DNA of 63,185 nucleotides, counting the filler, from Octopus bimaculoides (lineage: Eukaryota), in assembly GCF_001194135.2 (NCBI RefSeq). It is 6 parts of 5 records of this genome, joined end to end, with 100 filler letters (N's around TTAATTAATTAA, not from the genome) between each part and the next. Parts side by side here need not be neighbours in the genome. Positions count along the whole stretch, not along the records: positions 28,051 to 39,454 come from NC_068983.1; positions 39,555 to 48,101 come from NC_069000.1; positions 48,202 to 58,542 come from NC_069002.1; 3 more parts are not named here. One strand, 5' to 3'. Numbering within the stretch: the first letter of the stretch is position 1; every line of letters starts with the position of its first letter. Shown here piece by piece: positions 37,264 to 49,352 of the stretch. Under the pieces are notes generated by a model. That model did no database searches and was not told where the DNA came from. It worked only from the letters and a program-made list of their open reading frames with translations. A program made the position numbers and the translations under genes.

Positions 37264-39417
37264 TGACAGAGAGCCAGTGACATAGTATCACGTGGTAACT
37301 AGAACAGTGAAAAATTGAGAAAGTAATGATAGAGAAACTGAAGAAAGAATACAGATAAAGAAATTTAAATTTAAGCATCACAATTATTCAAACTGTTTCC
37401 CTTAAGCAATACCATTTGAACCAGTATTTATGCATCCATTTGTAAAAGAAGATTCGCTTGTATATTTAATGCAAGTGTTTATCTCAATTCATAATTTTTA
37501 AAATGGAATGTTGAAAGTTTTGGAAAATCAAACAAAAAAAATGTAAAAAAGTGATTAATGTAAATAAGCCTATCTTAATTTAAAATTCCTATGAAGTGTT
37601 GAAATATAACCGCGTCCTACAGAGTTGTCGATTGGAAATCGATACTTGCTTGCTCTAAATCTACGTAAAGGAGAGAGAGAGATTTAGTTCACACCAAGCA
37701 AAACATTTCGTTCATGTTGCCACGCTGTGTTTATCAGAGAATTATGTTCTGAAGAAAGTACTGTCATGACGAGAATGAAAGTGAAATGCAACTTTGAATC
37801 AAAAAAGAAAAAGAGAGAAGGAAAATATTTAATCCAGCCTTGGAAGCGTTCAATCTTAATCCGGTTGTGAATGAAAACAGATTGTATCAAACATTTTTCT
37901 CTTTATCTAACCTATTTCATATAAAATTTCTTTGTTTATTTTAAATATTACTGGATTAAATTTTAGATTAAATTTATTTTTATCTGCAATTTATTATTTT
38001 CAGATTACAAAAGTAACGCTTGTATTCGGGCCAGTGTTTCGATATAGGAAGTAGTTTCCCAAAGGAAAACTTAATGTAGCAGCAGTTTGTTGGTATTTCT
38101 CGTAACACTGACCTTGAGAAATTAATCTCTGAATGCCTGAAAAGTTTAATAATTGAACCTTCTTATGTTATCTATTTATCTGTGATATTAAATAACATTT
38201 TCATTCCTTCATCACTTCTTCCACCAAAAACATGCATTTGATTAATAATTAGGTAATATGCATATTTTCTTGCGCGAAGCCTTTCAAGAAACAACATATA
38301 TTTGAACACGTTTTTCACCTGTGATCACCAAAGTTTCTTTTTTAACTTACTATTTTCTATCGCCTTATCGTAAAATAAAAATTCAAATCAACTAATATGA
38401 GCTCGGTCTGTTGGGAATGATAGTCAAAACTTCTTCATACCAATCTCTAAGTTTAAAAAAAAGACACTCGGTAATATAATCTGAAATCATATGAAAATCC
38501 TGGAAAGAAGGCCAAGATGCCTTTGATCACACATATTGAGTTACAGTATCGACCGAGAGCATATTAGTTCATATTGAGTTAGAGTGACGACCTGTATATC
38601 TGCCTCAGATCAGGATTGAAGTAATTGCTGGTGTATTCCTGATCGTCACGTGAGATTACTATGTTAATAAGAAACTATTTAAGTACAGTTTACTCAGTAT
38701 TCACTCATTTTGTTATGATAATCCAAGTGGTGACAAATCTGTCGTTGAGGAGTGAGACAGTTGTATATATATATATATATNNNNNNNNNNNNNNNNNNNN
38801 NNNNNNNNNNNNNNNNNNNNNNNNNNNNNNNNNNNNNNNNNNNNNNNNNNNNNNNNNNNNNNNNNNNNNNNNNNNNNNNNNNNNNNNNNNNNNNNNNNNN
38901 NNNNNNNNNNNNNNNNNNNNNNNNNNNNNNNNNNNNNNNNNNNNNNNNNNNNNNNNNNNNNNNNNNNNNNNNNNNNNNNNNNNNNNATATATATGAATGT
39001 ATAAATGTATATATGTATGCATACGTGTATATGAGTGTGTAAGCATTTATATATATATGGATGTGTCTGTGTATTTACATATATGTTTATATCAGTGTCT
39101 GAATAAGGATATTTAAAATTTATCGATTACTAATTCCATGAATGCAAATCCTGTTTTCACATAGAGGGGTTACGGTCATTGAACTCGCGGTCAATGACTC
39201 ATTGTCATATCAGTTATTATCACGTGAGCTGCATTTGATAGAAGAATGGGATGTCGGACAAAATGTTCTCTTACTATTTAATTTGTATTAACCTATGATG
39301 TATCAGTGCGTGTGATTGTATGTTCATGCACGCATACTTGTATGATTTTATGAGTAGCACAAACACACGCACACACACACAGATATATATACACATTCAT
39401 GTTTATATGTATGTGTG

Positions 39418-39454
<37 letters not shown>

Positions 39455-40604
39455 NNNNNNNNNNNNNNNNNNNNNNNNNNNNNNNNNNNNNNNNNNNNTT
39501 AATTAATTAANNNNNNNNNNNNNNNNNNNNNNNNNNNNNNNNNNNNNNNNNNNNTCAAAATTGGCCTCTTTCATATATATATATATATATATATAGTTCA
39601 AAAAAACAATAACAAAAAAACAAAAAAACAACAAAGTGAGGACGTGATATGGATAGTATTATTGGACGCTCAGGAAAGGAAAGAGAGAGTGTATTATATA
39701 TATATATATATATATACACATATATACACACATATATATATTATACCTCACATTTGTGTAAAATAGCATCCTTGGTTATAGGTTTGCAACAGACTAATCA
39801 CTGGCTCACTTAATTGAGTTCAAATTTTAATTTGTTTTTAAAGTTTATTTTATTTTTCCCTCAAATTTCAATTTAAATAAAAAAAACATCAATCTTAGCA
39901 GTTGGATAGTTCATTTCCCTGGAGTCAACAACAGTAATAATATATGTATATTTATTATCGGTAGCGGATGAAGAACGGTTAAAGAAAACTCAACGATGGA
40001 ATTTATAACAATAAAAGTGATGTATACGAATGAGCAAAACCTCCACCTTATTTGGGGCCAAACATGCAAACAACACACAATTCCTGGCAAATTATCATTC
40101 CAGCATTTCTGAAGTACAGACAGCCAGAAAGATGTATGGCATTCCTTTACACCAAACCTCTACCCCACCTCCAACACACTACACCTGTTTACGCATATGA
40201 ATTGTACACTCAATAATACTCATTTGGTTATATAAGGAGGATGATGATGATGATGAAAGATGCAGCTGTCATATATGATGATACATGTTATTAATTCCAG
40301 CTACTGAAGCGTCCAGTCTCCGAGATTATGAATGAATATTAAACCTGAATTTGTCCAGTCTTGTCTGCATACAGTGAGAAAGACCATGTATATTTTTAGT
40401 TTTTGTATTTCTTTCAAAAGATGCCATCAGCACTAACTGCTATCACCAGCTGATTGACAGAGAATAATGTTGAAACCCCTAACCACTACCACCACAATGG
40501 CTGAGTACAGATGGTGATAATCACTTAGCCTGGTTCCTCAAGAGACATTTAGCACCTTTGATTTTTCCTTATGATCATCATAAAAACAAAACAAAAAAAA
40601 ATGG

Positions 40605-40636
40605 ATTTGGTAGACGGAAACTGAAAGGAGCCCGTC

Positions 40637-40712
<76 letters not shown>

Positions 40713-40920
40713 TTGTGTATCTGTGTTTGTCCCCCCACCATCGCTTGACAACCGATGCTGGTGTGTTTACGTCCCCGTAACTTAGCGGTTCGGCAAAAAG
40801 AGGCCGATAGAATAAGTACTAGGCTTACAAAGAATAAGTCCTGGGGTCGATTTTCTCGACAAAAGGCGGTGCTCCAGCATGGCTGCAGTCAAATGACTGA
40901 AACAAGTAAAAGAGTAAAAG
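40605..40920 (+). mobile_element. SINE family B with internal (TA)n/(TG)n microsatellite, 5'-truncated
   Basis: ggatttggtagacggaaactgaaaggagcccgtcg(TA)n...gtaacttagcggttcggcaaaa...ggtgctccagcatggctgcagtcaaatgactgaaacaagtaaaag. Confidence 0.9.
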
Positions 40921-41817
40921 GAACCATTTGCTTTAAAAAAGAATTGTCCAGAATTTAAACTGATATAGCAAGATCACAAACAACATAGTTTTTGTTTTTT
41001 AATATTTGATAATAAAAAGTTACGCATATTAGAGTACAGCCCACACATTTAAAGTAATGCTTCTCAAACATTCTGGATCCTGTTCCTTCACCCAATGCTG
41101 TCACTGTCAATTTTCTTCCTCTTCTGACTCTACTACTACAACGGGTTCTTCTTTCTCTGCACTCATTGACTTACACACATTCACCAATCTTCTTGTCTTC
41201 CAACTCAAATACATTGGAGAGGGAGTCACTTCTGGAGCAGGCATGAAAAGGTGCATGTGTCCTTCCTCGCTCCACCCTTCTATATGCCTTTTAATTAAAG
41301 TGTGGCACTCGAAATCTCTTATGTCACTATTTCAACTGTTTCACCACAGTGAAGCTGGCTGATTTTTGCAGCACTGTGGAGAAGTCTTAGGCACAAGAAA
41401 GTAGTGAAACCACACAACAAAATCTCTAAATTTGTGATCTAAATGAAATGGAGACTGAAAAGACAAGATGCTGAACCATTAACCAAAACCATCCCAAAAT
41501 GAGAAGCATTATCATCTGTCATCTTGTAGACGAGGCACTTTTTTGTCTTTTCATGCCAGACTAACTAAAAGTATATATTTTAAAATGTACCAGAGAATCC
41601 TGCCAAGAATTTGTAAAAACCATACAACACAATATATATTATTAGACCATTTCGAAATAATCCACAATCAATAAAACACTGAGCAAAAGTAAAAACAATT
41701 TTTAACTTTTTTTTTACTTATATCCACCTTGAAAATTTTTATGGACAGTTTATTTCTGGCATGGAGAATCTTTTCACGAAGTGGGCCACATAAGACATGG
41801 CTCACTATCAGGCGGGC

Positions 41818-42003
41818 CATCATCATCATGTAACAACTGCTTTCTATGCTGGTATGGGTTGGATGGTTTGACTGAGGACTGGCAAGCCAGTGGGCTGCAC
41901 CAGGCTCTAATCTGATCTGGCAAAGTTTCTACAGCTGGATGCCCTTCCTAATGCTAACCACTCCAAGAGTGTAGTGGGTGCTTTTCACGTGCCACCAGCA
42001 CAC
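41818..42003 (-). mobile_element. Retroposon family C, (GAT)n-tailed with an RTE-like 3' end
   Basis: (cat)n...tttctatgctggtatgggttggatggtttgactgaggactggc...ctacagctggatgcccttcctaatgc; same as 44861 and 46101. Confidence 0.8.
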
Positions 42004-42812
42004 CAATGAAAAATAATTCAAGGTGATTTTTCGTTAGGTGTGTCATTCAGAAAGTCCTGTGGGCTGCAGTTTGCCCATGACTAGTATATTTGCAAGAATT
42101 GTTGTCCTACAATTAATTGGATGTCCTTACTGTTAACCATTCAAGCATGAAGTAGTGCTAGATCAGAACAAAAATATTATTTGCTCAGGCCAGCTGAAGT
42201 AAAACTGAGTTACATGTTTTTTTCAGGGCACCCCACAAGATTTGAATTAATTACCACATTGTTAGTTGAACGCCTTAACCTTAACCTCAAAGTCAATGTT
42301 CCATCACATGACAGTTTCCTTCCTAGCCCATATGTCTGAACACTCATGCATATAAAAGATACCAATATTGTTTAGAACAACTGACCACTGAAGTGAATTG
42401 TTGTATAGTGGAACTGTACACCCCTTCCAGTAAAAAGTGGTAGTAGCCAGTCAATATGAATAGACTAGTAGCTGGTTGACAAGAGAAGATCAGAAGTTCG
42501 AGAGTACATGTAGACTGTGTGGACAGTTGTGTTTGTGCTGATATAGTAATTATACTGTGATACTGAGTGGACATTATAACGATCCAAATTGCTGAGTACA
42601 ATAATACTGTACGACTGGGGGCCATACAATACCAGATAGAACATTTCTATCGACGATGTCGGAAATATAACAATATCTGCCAGAGTGACAACCGTTGTCA
42701 AAAAGACAGATACAACAGTGGCAAAAAACTGCTTCATAACATGAATATTAATTAATATATAACTAGTTCACTAATTAATTAGTTTACTAACTTGTTCTAA
42801 TTTCAAATACAG

Positions 42813-42876
42813 GTACAACACAGACTTTCTGGACACTGAAAGTCCAGGAGCTCTAATAATCAGCACCAATTTACAA
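42813..42876 (+). other. Candidate plus-strand exon (YNTDFLDTESPGALIISTNLQ if coding)
   Basis: TACTAAC branch point (42785-42791), ttgttctaatttcaaatacAG acceptor, one open frame, CAA|GTAACA donor. No partner exon found. Confidence 0.3.
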
Positions 42877-43112
42877 GTAACAACTTCAATTTCTCATAGC
42901 TGCCAGACTAGTTTACTGGTACCTTGCACAGCACAGCATTAAGAAACTTATATCATTTATACTAATGTGCAACTATCTGTATTTCAATCAATAATTCAAG
43001 TAAATCTAGTATTTCTTTTATTTTGAGTATGCTGACCAAGGTGACTGCCCTGGTTTGGAAGACAAAAATATCAGCATTCCAGGAAGACTTTGGAACCAAA
43101 GGTTCCAGAAAA

Positions 43113-43328
43113 TTAATTCTTTAGCATTCGGATTTCTCTATCAAATGTAATGCTTATTTATTCATGTTGTTTTGAATTAACCATACATTATCTTGCAGCT
43201 TCGAGATTTCGATGATGCGATCATTTATTTTTAGAATGACAATGTAGGGTATGTGTAAGATGTTGGATTTAGTCAATTTTAACATAAAATAAGCCAGATG
43301 TGTCTGCTTTAAATACTAAAGGGTTTAA
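43113..43328. mobile_element. piggyBac-type MITE (TTAA-flanked)
   Basis: ttaa-ttctttagcatt ... aatactaaaggg-t-ttaa; inverted ends (ccctttag(c/t)att). Confidence 0.65.
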
Positions 43329-44860
43329 TGTTGTACTTGTATTGAATATAAATGGCGTCAATAAAATAAGTATCAACAATGTAAGGACAACCATCCGTGT
43401 GGAGAATGTTTCACACACTGCTTCTGTACTACAATGTTCTTATAATTAAGACATTCAACTCTCAATAATCCGGTCTATAATGGTGTCACACAATGAACCA
43501 GCACACACTTCTAAGCAGTGACAATACTGTAAACTTGTTTCAATAGGCTTGCAATGTTGGATCAAATTCTTTCAAAGAGAAATTTGCCCAATACACAGGC
43601 AAGAATTTATCTTTCATCTACTTAGCATCACAGAAACTCAGCTAACTTCAGTTGCACAAATTATGAAACAACTAACTTCAACATGAGGAGGTTAATTAAA
43701 CAATTCAATAAAACATGTTCCTCACATCTCTCTTCAAACAAACAAAACACACTCATGCAATCACATATACACACAAATATATGCACTCATACACACACAC
43801 AATCAGACATATACATAAATACACACATACAATCAAGCACACATGCAATCAAATACACACACAAACACATACAAATGCAAATAGACATATACATAAACAC
43901 ACACATACTTGCAATCCCCCTCCACACACACATATGCAATCCCACATACACACAAGTACAGACAATCACACACACCTACACACACAGTTGACCTTATGAC
44001 CAGTCAAAGAAGAAGTCCATATGGTTTTCATATGAAAGAGAAATAAGTAGAATCTGAATAAAATCTTTCTTGTTCAAATGTAAATCCATCTTTTTTCTTA
44101 TACTAACAAAATGAAAATTGATAAATTAAATTACTATAGGAAAATCTGAAATACTCTGTCTGTCGATTAACAATTATGTAAAAAGAACATAAAAATAACG
44201 ATAAACACATGATAAAGCAACTATTGATAATCATGAAGACATCTGCCAAAACATTGAAAGACTCATTTGAAATGTTACATGAAGTCTTTACCACATCAAA
44301 TCAATAGTTTCCAATAAACATTTAATCAATCTAAAAAGATTAGAAATCCATTCAAGTTCTACACAAGCCATGATTTCTGGATCTTGTCTAACATATGTGT
44401 GTGTGTGTATGTGTGTGTGCGAAGAGCAGCCTGTTAATACAAATTATTATTATTGTAATAGAGTTTGATATCAGTGGGTGTGATTAAAACACAAAGATTT
44501 AATGTCTCCCCTTCAGCAAAATGAAAACTAAATGCAGATGTTCTCAAAAGTCCCAATAGAATGCTTCTTTATTAGAGGTGGCAGTTTAATCCGGTTTTGT
44601 TGTATCAAGTGGACATTACGTTGCTGTTGTCATCATCGTTATCATTTAATATCCATGTTCCATGCTAGCATGAGTTGGAGGTTTGACAAGGATTAAATGA
44701 GTCAAAGACTGTGCTGTATTTGATTGTCAGCTGGATGCCCTTCCAAATGCTAACAACATTACAGTGTGTACTGGGTGCATTTGTTTTGCACTTTTAAGGT
44801 CCCCATGTAGCTCACAAGTCAACAAATCCAGGGAGGGAGGATGCTGTCTCCATATGCTAG

Positions 44861-45440
44861 ATCATCATCATCATCGTTTAACGTCCGCTTTCCATGCTAG
44901 CATGGGTTGGATGGTTTGACTGAGGACTGGGGAAACCAGATGGCTACACCAGGCTCCAATCTGATTTGGCAGAGTTTCTACAGCTGGATGCCCTTCCTAA
45001 CGCCAACCACTCAAAGAGTGTAGTGGGTGCTTTTACGTGCCACCCGCACAAAGGCCAGTCAGGCAGTACTGGCAACGGCCACGCTCAAAATGGTGTATTT
45101 TATGTGCCACCCGCACAAAAGCCAGTCCAGGGGCACTAGCAACGATCTTACTCGAAAATCCTTACACATGTCACAGGCAGAAGTGCCAGAAAGGTGACGC
45201 TGGGAACAGGTGCCATCCCAATTTCGCTTTCATTTGCCCCAATAAGTCTTCGCAAGCTGAGTTTCGTGTCCAATGAAGGAGACGACGTTGGCATGGGTGC
45301 CAGTTGTCTAATTTAGTTCGATTTCGATTTCACTTGCCTCAACAAGTCTTCGCAAGCGAAGTTTAGTGTTCAATGAAGGAAAGGTACACATAAGTGGGCT
45401 GGCTACACCCCTGGCAAAAGCCTTGGATGGGGGTTAATAT
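44861..45440 (-). mobile_element. Retroposon family C, long copy with internal tandem modules
   Basis: (cat)n-cgtttaacgtccgctttccatgctagcatggg...; internal direct repeats ttta(c/t)gtgccacccgcacaaa(g/a)gccagtc x2 and tttc.ctttca(t/c)ttgcc...aagtcttcgcaagc...caatgaagga x2. Confidence 0.75.
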
Positions 45441-46100
45441 ACAAAGGAAGAAGTTGGAGTAGAGCAGGTTCTTGTTATAACAAGCCGCATGGCTACTTAC
45501 ATTCAGGAGAGAGAGAGAGAGAGCAAGAATGAATTAGAAATATCTCCAAGAGGATGGAAAGTGGTGATGAGGTGTCCAGGTAGCACCTCAAGAAGCAGAA
45601 GCAGGAAGGACGAATGGGGGTTTGCAAGAGTATGTAGGGAGGAAGAGATAACAGAAGTGGAAGAGGGTGGTAGGCAACATCCATAAGGATATGAGGAGAG
45701 GGAGTGTACGAATTGAGGAGGCTACAAGGATACTAGCAGTATGGTAGTAACATTACTGTTGACAGGGGGAGGAGGGAGAGTGAGAGAGAAAGTTATGATG
45801 CGTTTGGGTAGGTCTGCAGGAGCAGAGCAGAGAGATAAGACAGGTGTAATGCATGAGAAGAGATAATTTGGTGGTCCAAGGAAGGGGAAGGCCAGTGTAA
45901 CATGTGGTTATGGAGAAAAATATTAATGGATAAGGAATCACTAACAGGTGAGATGGTTCTACATAGCAAGAGAGGAAAGTGATAGAGGCAGGAGAGCTGC
46001 ATTGAATGACATGGTGTGTGTGTGTGTATGTGGGGGGGTGGAACGAGGGGAGAATTTGATTGATGTGGGTGCTCCTAAACACACACACACACACATATAT

Positions 46101-46233
46101 ATCATCATCATCATTTAACGTCTGTTTTCCATGCTAGCATGGATTGGACAGTTTGACAGGAGCCAACCAGCTGAAGGACTGTTCAGGATCACTGTCTGTT
46201 TTGATATGGTTTCTATAGCTGGATACCTTTCCT
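46101..46233 (-). mobile_element. Retroposon family C, 3' fragment
   Basis: atcatcatcatcatttaacgtctgttttccatgctagcatgg...ctatagctggatacctttcct. Confidence 0.75.
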
Positions 46234-46818
46234 ACACATACACGCACACAACTCACATACAAATGTATACACAAAAATAGATAACACATACACATATATA
46301 TGTATACACACATGCTCATATGCACATATATATATATATATATANNNNNNNNNNNNNNNNNNNNNNNNNNNNNNNNNNNNNNNNNNNNNNNNNNNNNNNN
46401 NNNNNNNNNNNNNNNNNNNNNNNNNNNNNNNNNNNNNNNNNNNNNNNNNNNNNNNNNNNNNNNNNNNNNNNNNNNNNNNNNNNNNNNNNNNNNNNNNNNN
46501 NNNNNNNNNNNNNNNNNNNNNNNNNNNNNNNNNNNNNNNNNNNNNNNNNNNNNNNNNNNNNNNNNNNNNNNNNNNNNNNNNNNNNNNNNNNNNNNNNNNN
46601 NNNNNNNNNNNNNNNNNNNNNNNNNNNNNNNAATGAAAATAATGTTTTTTTACTAAAATATAAAAAATATAATAAAAAAATCTATATACCAATACATTAT
46701 ATTGTCTTTGAGTTTTTAAAGTTCAATGGTAATCCATGTAGATAATTGTTAGATAGATTAGGATGCATGGAATTAAGAATCCTGTTGTGTTTAAAAAAAG
46801 GCTGAGAGTTTATGTGTT

Positions 46819-47060
46819 AAACAGGAAGTGTGTGTAAGGGAAGACAATTCTGTGGGTTTTATACTCTTTAGTTTGAGTTCTGGACTCTTTGACAACAGGA
46901 AGTTTATGTCCTTCTCTCACCTACCCATTGAAATACATATAAATTTACTTCTTGTTTCTCTAAGAACAGACATAAACTTCCTGTTGACAAAGAGTCCAGA
47001 ACTCAAACTAAAGAGTATAAAACCTACAGAATTGTCTTCCCTTACACACACTTCCTGTTT
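46819..47060. repeat. Inverted repeat: 92-bp arms (46819-46910, 46969-47060), 2 mismatches, 58-bp loop
   Basis: The left arm equals the reverse complement of the right arm except ctgtGgg/ctgtAgg and tttgAcaac/tttgTcaac. Confidence 0.95.
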
Positions 47061-47084
47061 GGAATATTGTGACTTTTGATTCAA

Positions 47085-48310
47085 CATTGCTTTGCTGCTA
47101 CGTCTGTGTGAGTTCTTCTCTGTGTGTTTATTATTGTATATTTTTGAACTGTAAATTCAGTAACTGGCTGTTTAACAGTTGTTTTCGCCCTACGGGGCTG
47201 AAAATTACCAACGCAATTTTTTGTCTTTGCGACAAGATTTTTTGTCTTTGTGACAAGAATGGCATCAGCTGAGAGCAACATTCCCATTCAGGGAGAAGGT
47301 ATTCCAAAAGAAAAGCAAAGTTTTTCTCAGGCTGTTGGTGGAAGCACCATAGAATTAAAAGTCATAAAGAAAAGTTTGTACGCTTTCAGAAAGTTCATCC
47401 AAAAAGTGGATGGTGAAACTAAATTGATTCCACCACCCGAGACTATCAATGCCCTGAAGGAAAAAATTGTAGTATACAAAGTCTACAACATAAGGGAAAA
47501 AAAAATTGCTGAAGTTCGTAATGAACTAGCTGAAATGTGTCTAGCACCAATATGGTCAAAGGTCCGCCACGTCAACCGCGGAGTACGAAGTGCAACGGTT
47601 GAGGTGCACTTCGACTCGGCTGAAGTGGCGAGAGAGGTATCAACGGAAACGTTGAAAAATGATACAATTATGTTGCTGCCCACTTACATGGGAAAAAGAA
47701 CAGCACGGGTAACTATAGAGGACATACCGTTCAGATACGACGTAATGTGGGCGGCAGCAGCGGTAATATACGATGTTGAAGAAAATATAAATATTCTGAG
47801 TATGAAGAGGAAGGATGTGACCAGCTGGAGAGGCCAGACCCTAGAAATTGTGGTCCAAGCTGAAAACAACATGTTCGAAAATTTGCCCGATAGGGTGTTT
47901 GTGGGGGGAGGGGCACACCATCCGCGTGTCGGTGGAGGGACGTCGACCCAGATGTTTCAAGTGTGGGCAGAAGGGTCACGTCCGCTCGGCCTGTATTAAA
48001 AAAAAGCCAAACACCGTTAAAGCGGGTGACGCCCCTCCTCCGAAAGCGGACGAGGAAGGAAAGGATACAGCAGTCACCGTTGAAGGGGAGAGTGGAAACA
48101 CNNNNNNNNNNNNNNNNNNNNNNNNNNNNNNNNNNNNNNNNNNNNTTAATTAATTAANNNNNNNNNNNNNNNNNNNNNNNNNNNNNNNNNNNNNNNNNNN
48201 NGGGGGGGGGAGAGACTGACAGAGAAAGAATGAGAGTTGAAAGAGTTAGAAAGACTAACAGAGAGATCGACTGGGGAAATTAAGGAGAGGGCGAGGGAAA
48301 GAAAGCATCG
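47085..48310 (+). mobile_element. L1/Tx1-clade non-LTR retrotransposon 5' portion (5' UTR + ORF1), apparently 3'-truncated
   Basis: 5' UTR-like sequence with a doubled ttttttgtctttg(c/t)gacaaga before the ATG; ORF1 follows; no ORF2 endonuclease seen after 48310. Boundaries approximate. Confidence 0.7.
47259..48101 (+). pseudogene. L1/Tx1-type ORF1 (RNA-binding/gag-like) with CCHC zinc knuckle; one +1 frameshift in the G-run at ~47903-47913
   Basis: MASAES...SFSQAV...~215 open codons, then in the next frame GEGHTIRVSVEGRRPRCFKCGQKGHVRSAC (CX2CX4HX4C); runs into a gap. Confidence 0.85.
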
Positions 48311-49311
48311 CTTCACAACACATTTCATGAAAACTGTATCGTTTCAAAATTCTTACAGTTCCCAGATGATAAAAACACGAAACCAAAAGTAGTTGGTTTT
48401 CGTATCGTTCAAACAGCCTCGGAGCTGTTTATAAAGTAAATTAAACTGTGGCATCAATAAACCGACAATGTATCAATGATATTTGAGTTGAGACAAACCA
48501 ATCTAAGGTATGCTTAGAGTTAGAAGTCGTACTTGAAGGCAGAGGGAAAGATCTACTTCAGTTCTGGCATTGTTCTCAGATGTGTTAAAGGAGATGATTT
48601 GTACAAAAGAAACGCAGTCAAGTTTAAAACCTTTACGATACTATTTCTGTTATTTAGCAACTAAAATATCTATAGTAATTGTGCATCTATTTTCCCCTGT
48701 AGAGCTATAAGAAAAGAATCTATTAGAACGTGTTTAATCACAACTTCCGATCAACATTAAGCTGTAATATTAAAATATCAATGTCGTGATGTAACATTAG
48801 AAGAACTTCATTAATTTAATATAATTCTTCTATAAATTATTTCCAAATTTTCCCCGTATTCATTCAGAGTAAATTCTGAGCGCTGACTGCGATAGAACGG
48901 ATGGTTGCTATCGATTACAACACTAAATTCTTACATTATCAATGAAAGGAATTCTACAACCAAATCAATGTTTTCCACCAGCACCACCACCACCACTGTT
49001 TGGTGCAACAACATATATATTAATTGCTGGTAGGGACACCGTATTTCGTTTCGTAAGCATAATGCACTGCCAAGTCAATACTGCATTCTATTTTGTGTGT
49101 TATCAGTGCGATTCAATTACTTTTAAGTTACCCCTACAGATTTTCTATAGAATTTAAAACTAACACTCAAAATTACCAGCAATTATTATTTACGTACCAG
49201 TTGCTAGAAATATGTTTAATATGTAAAATGGGTATATCCAATGATGTTACATCACTATATTTTGTGGTGATTCAAGCAATGAGTTCAAGGAGGGTTAATG
49301 GGTTGGATGTG

Positions 49312-49352
49312 GTACTGATGAAGGAGCAAGAATGCCTGAAATATGCATATAC
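49312..49352 (+). ncRNA. Minimal hammerhead-ribozyme-like motif (Penelope-type remnant)
   Basis: gta-CTGATGA-AGG(agcaagaatg)CCT-GAAA-t(atgc)a-TA-tac; intact core. The downstream ttttt...attgcattgtt resembles the flank of the 1561 motif. Confidence 0.5.

Noticed and set aside
42465-42755. STCRLCGQ...IAEY resembling an R4-type zinc finger
   Set aside because: The HxxxxC continuation and RLE motifs are absent; multiple stops.
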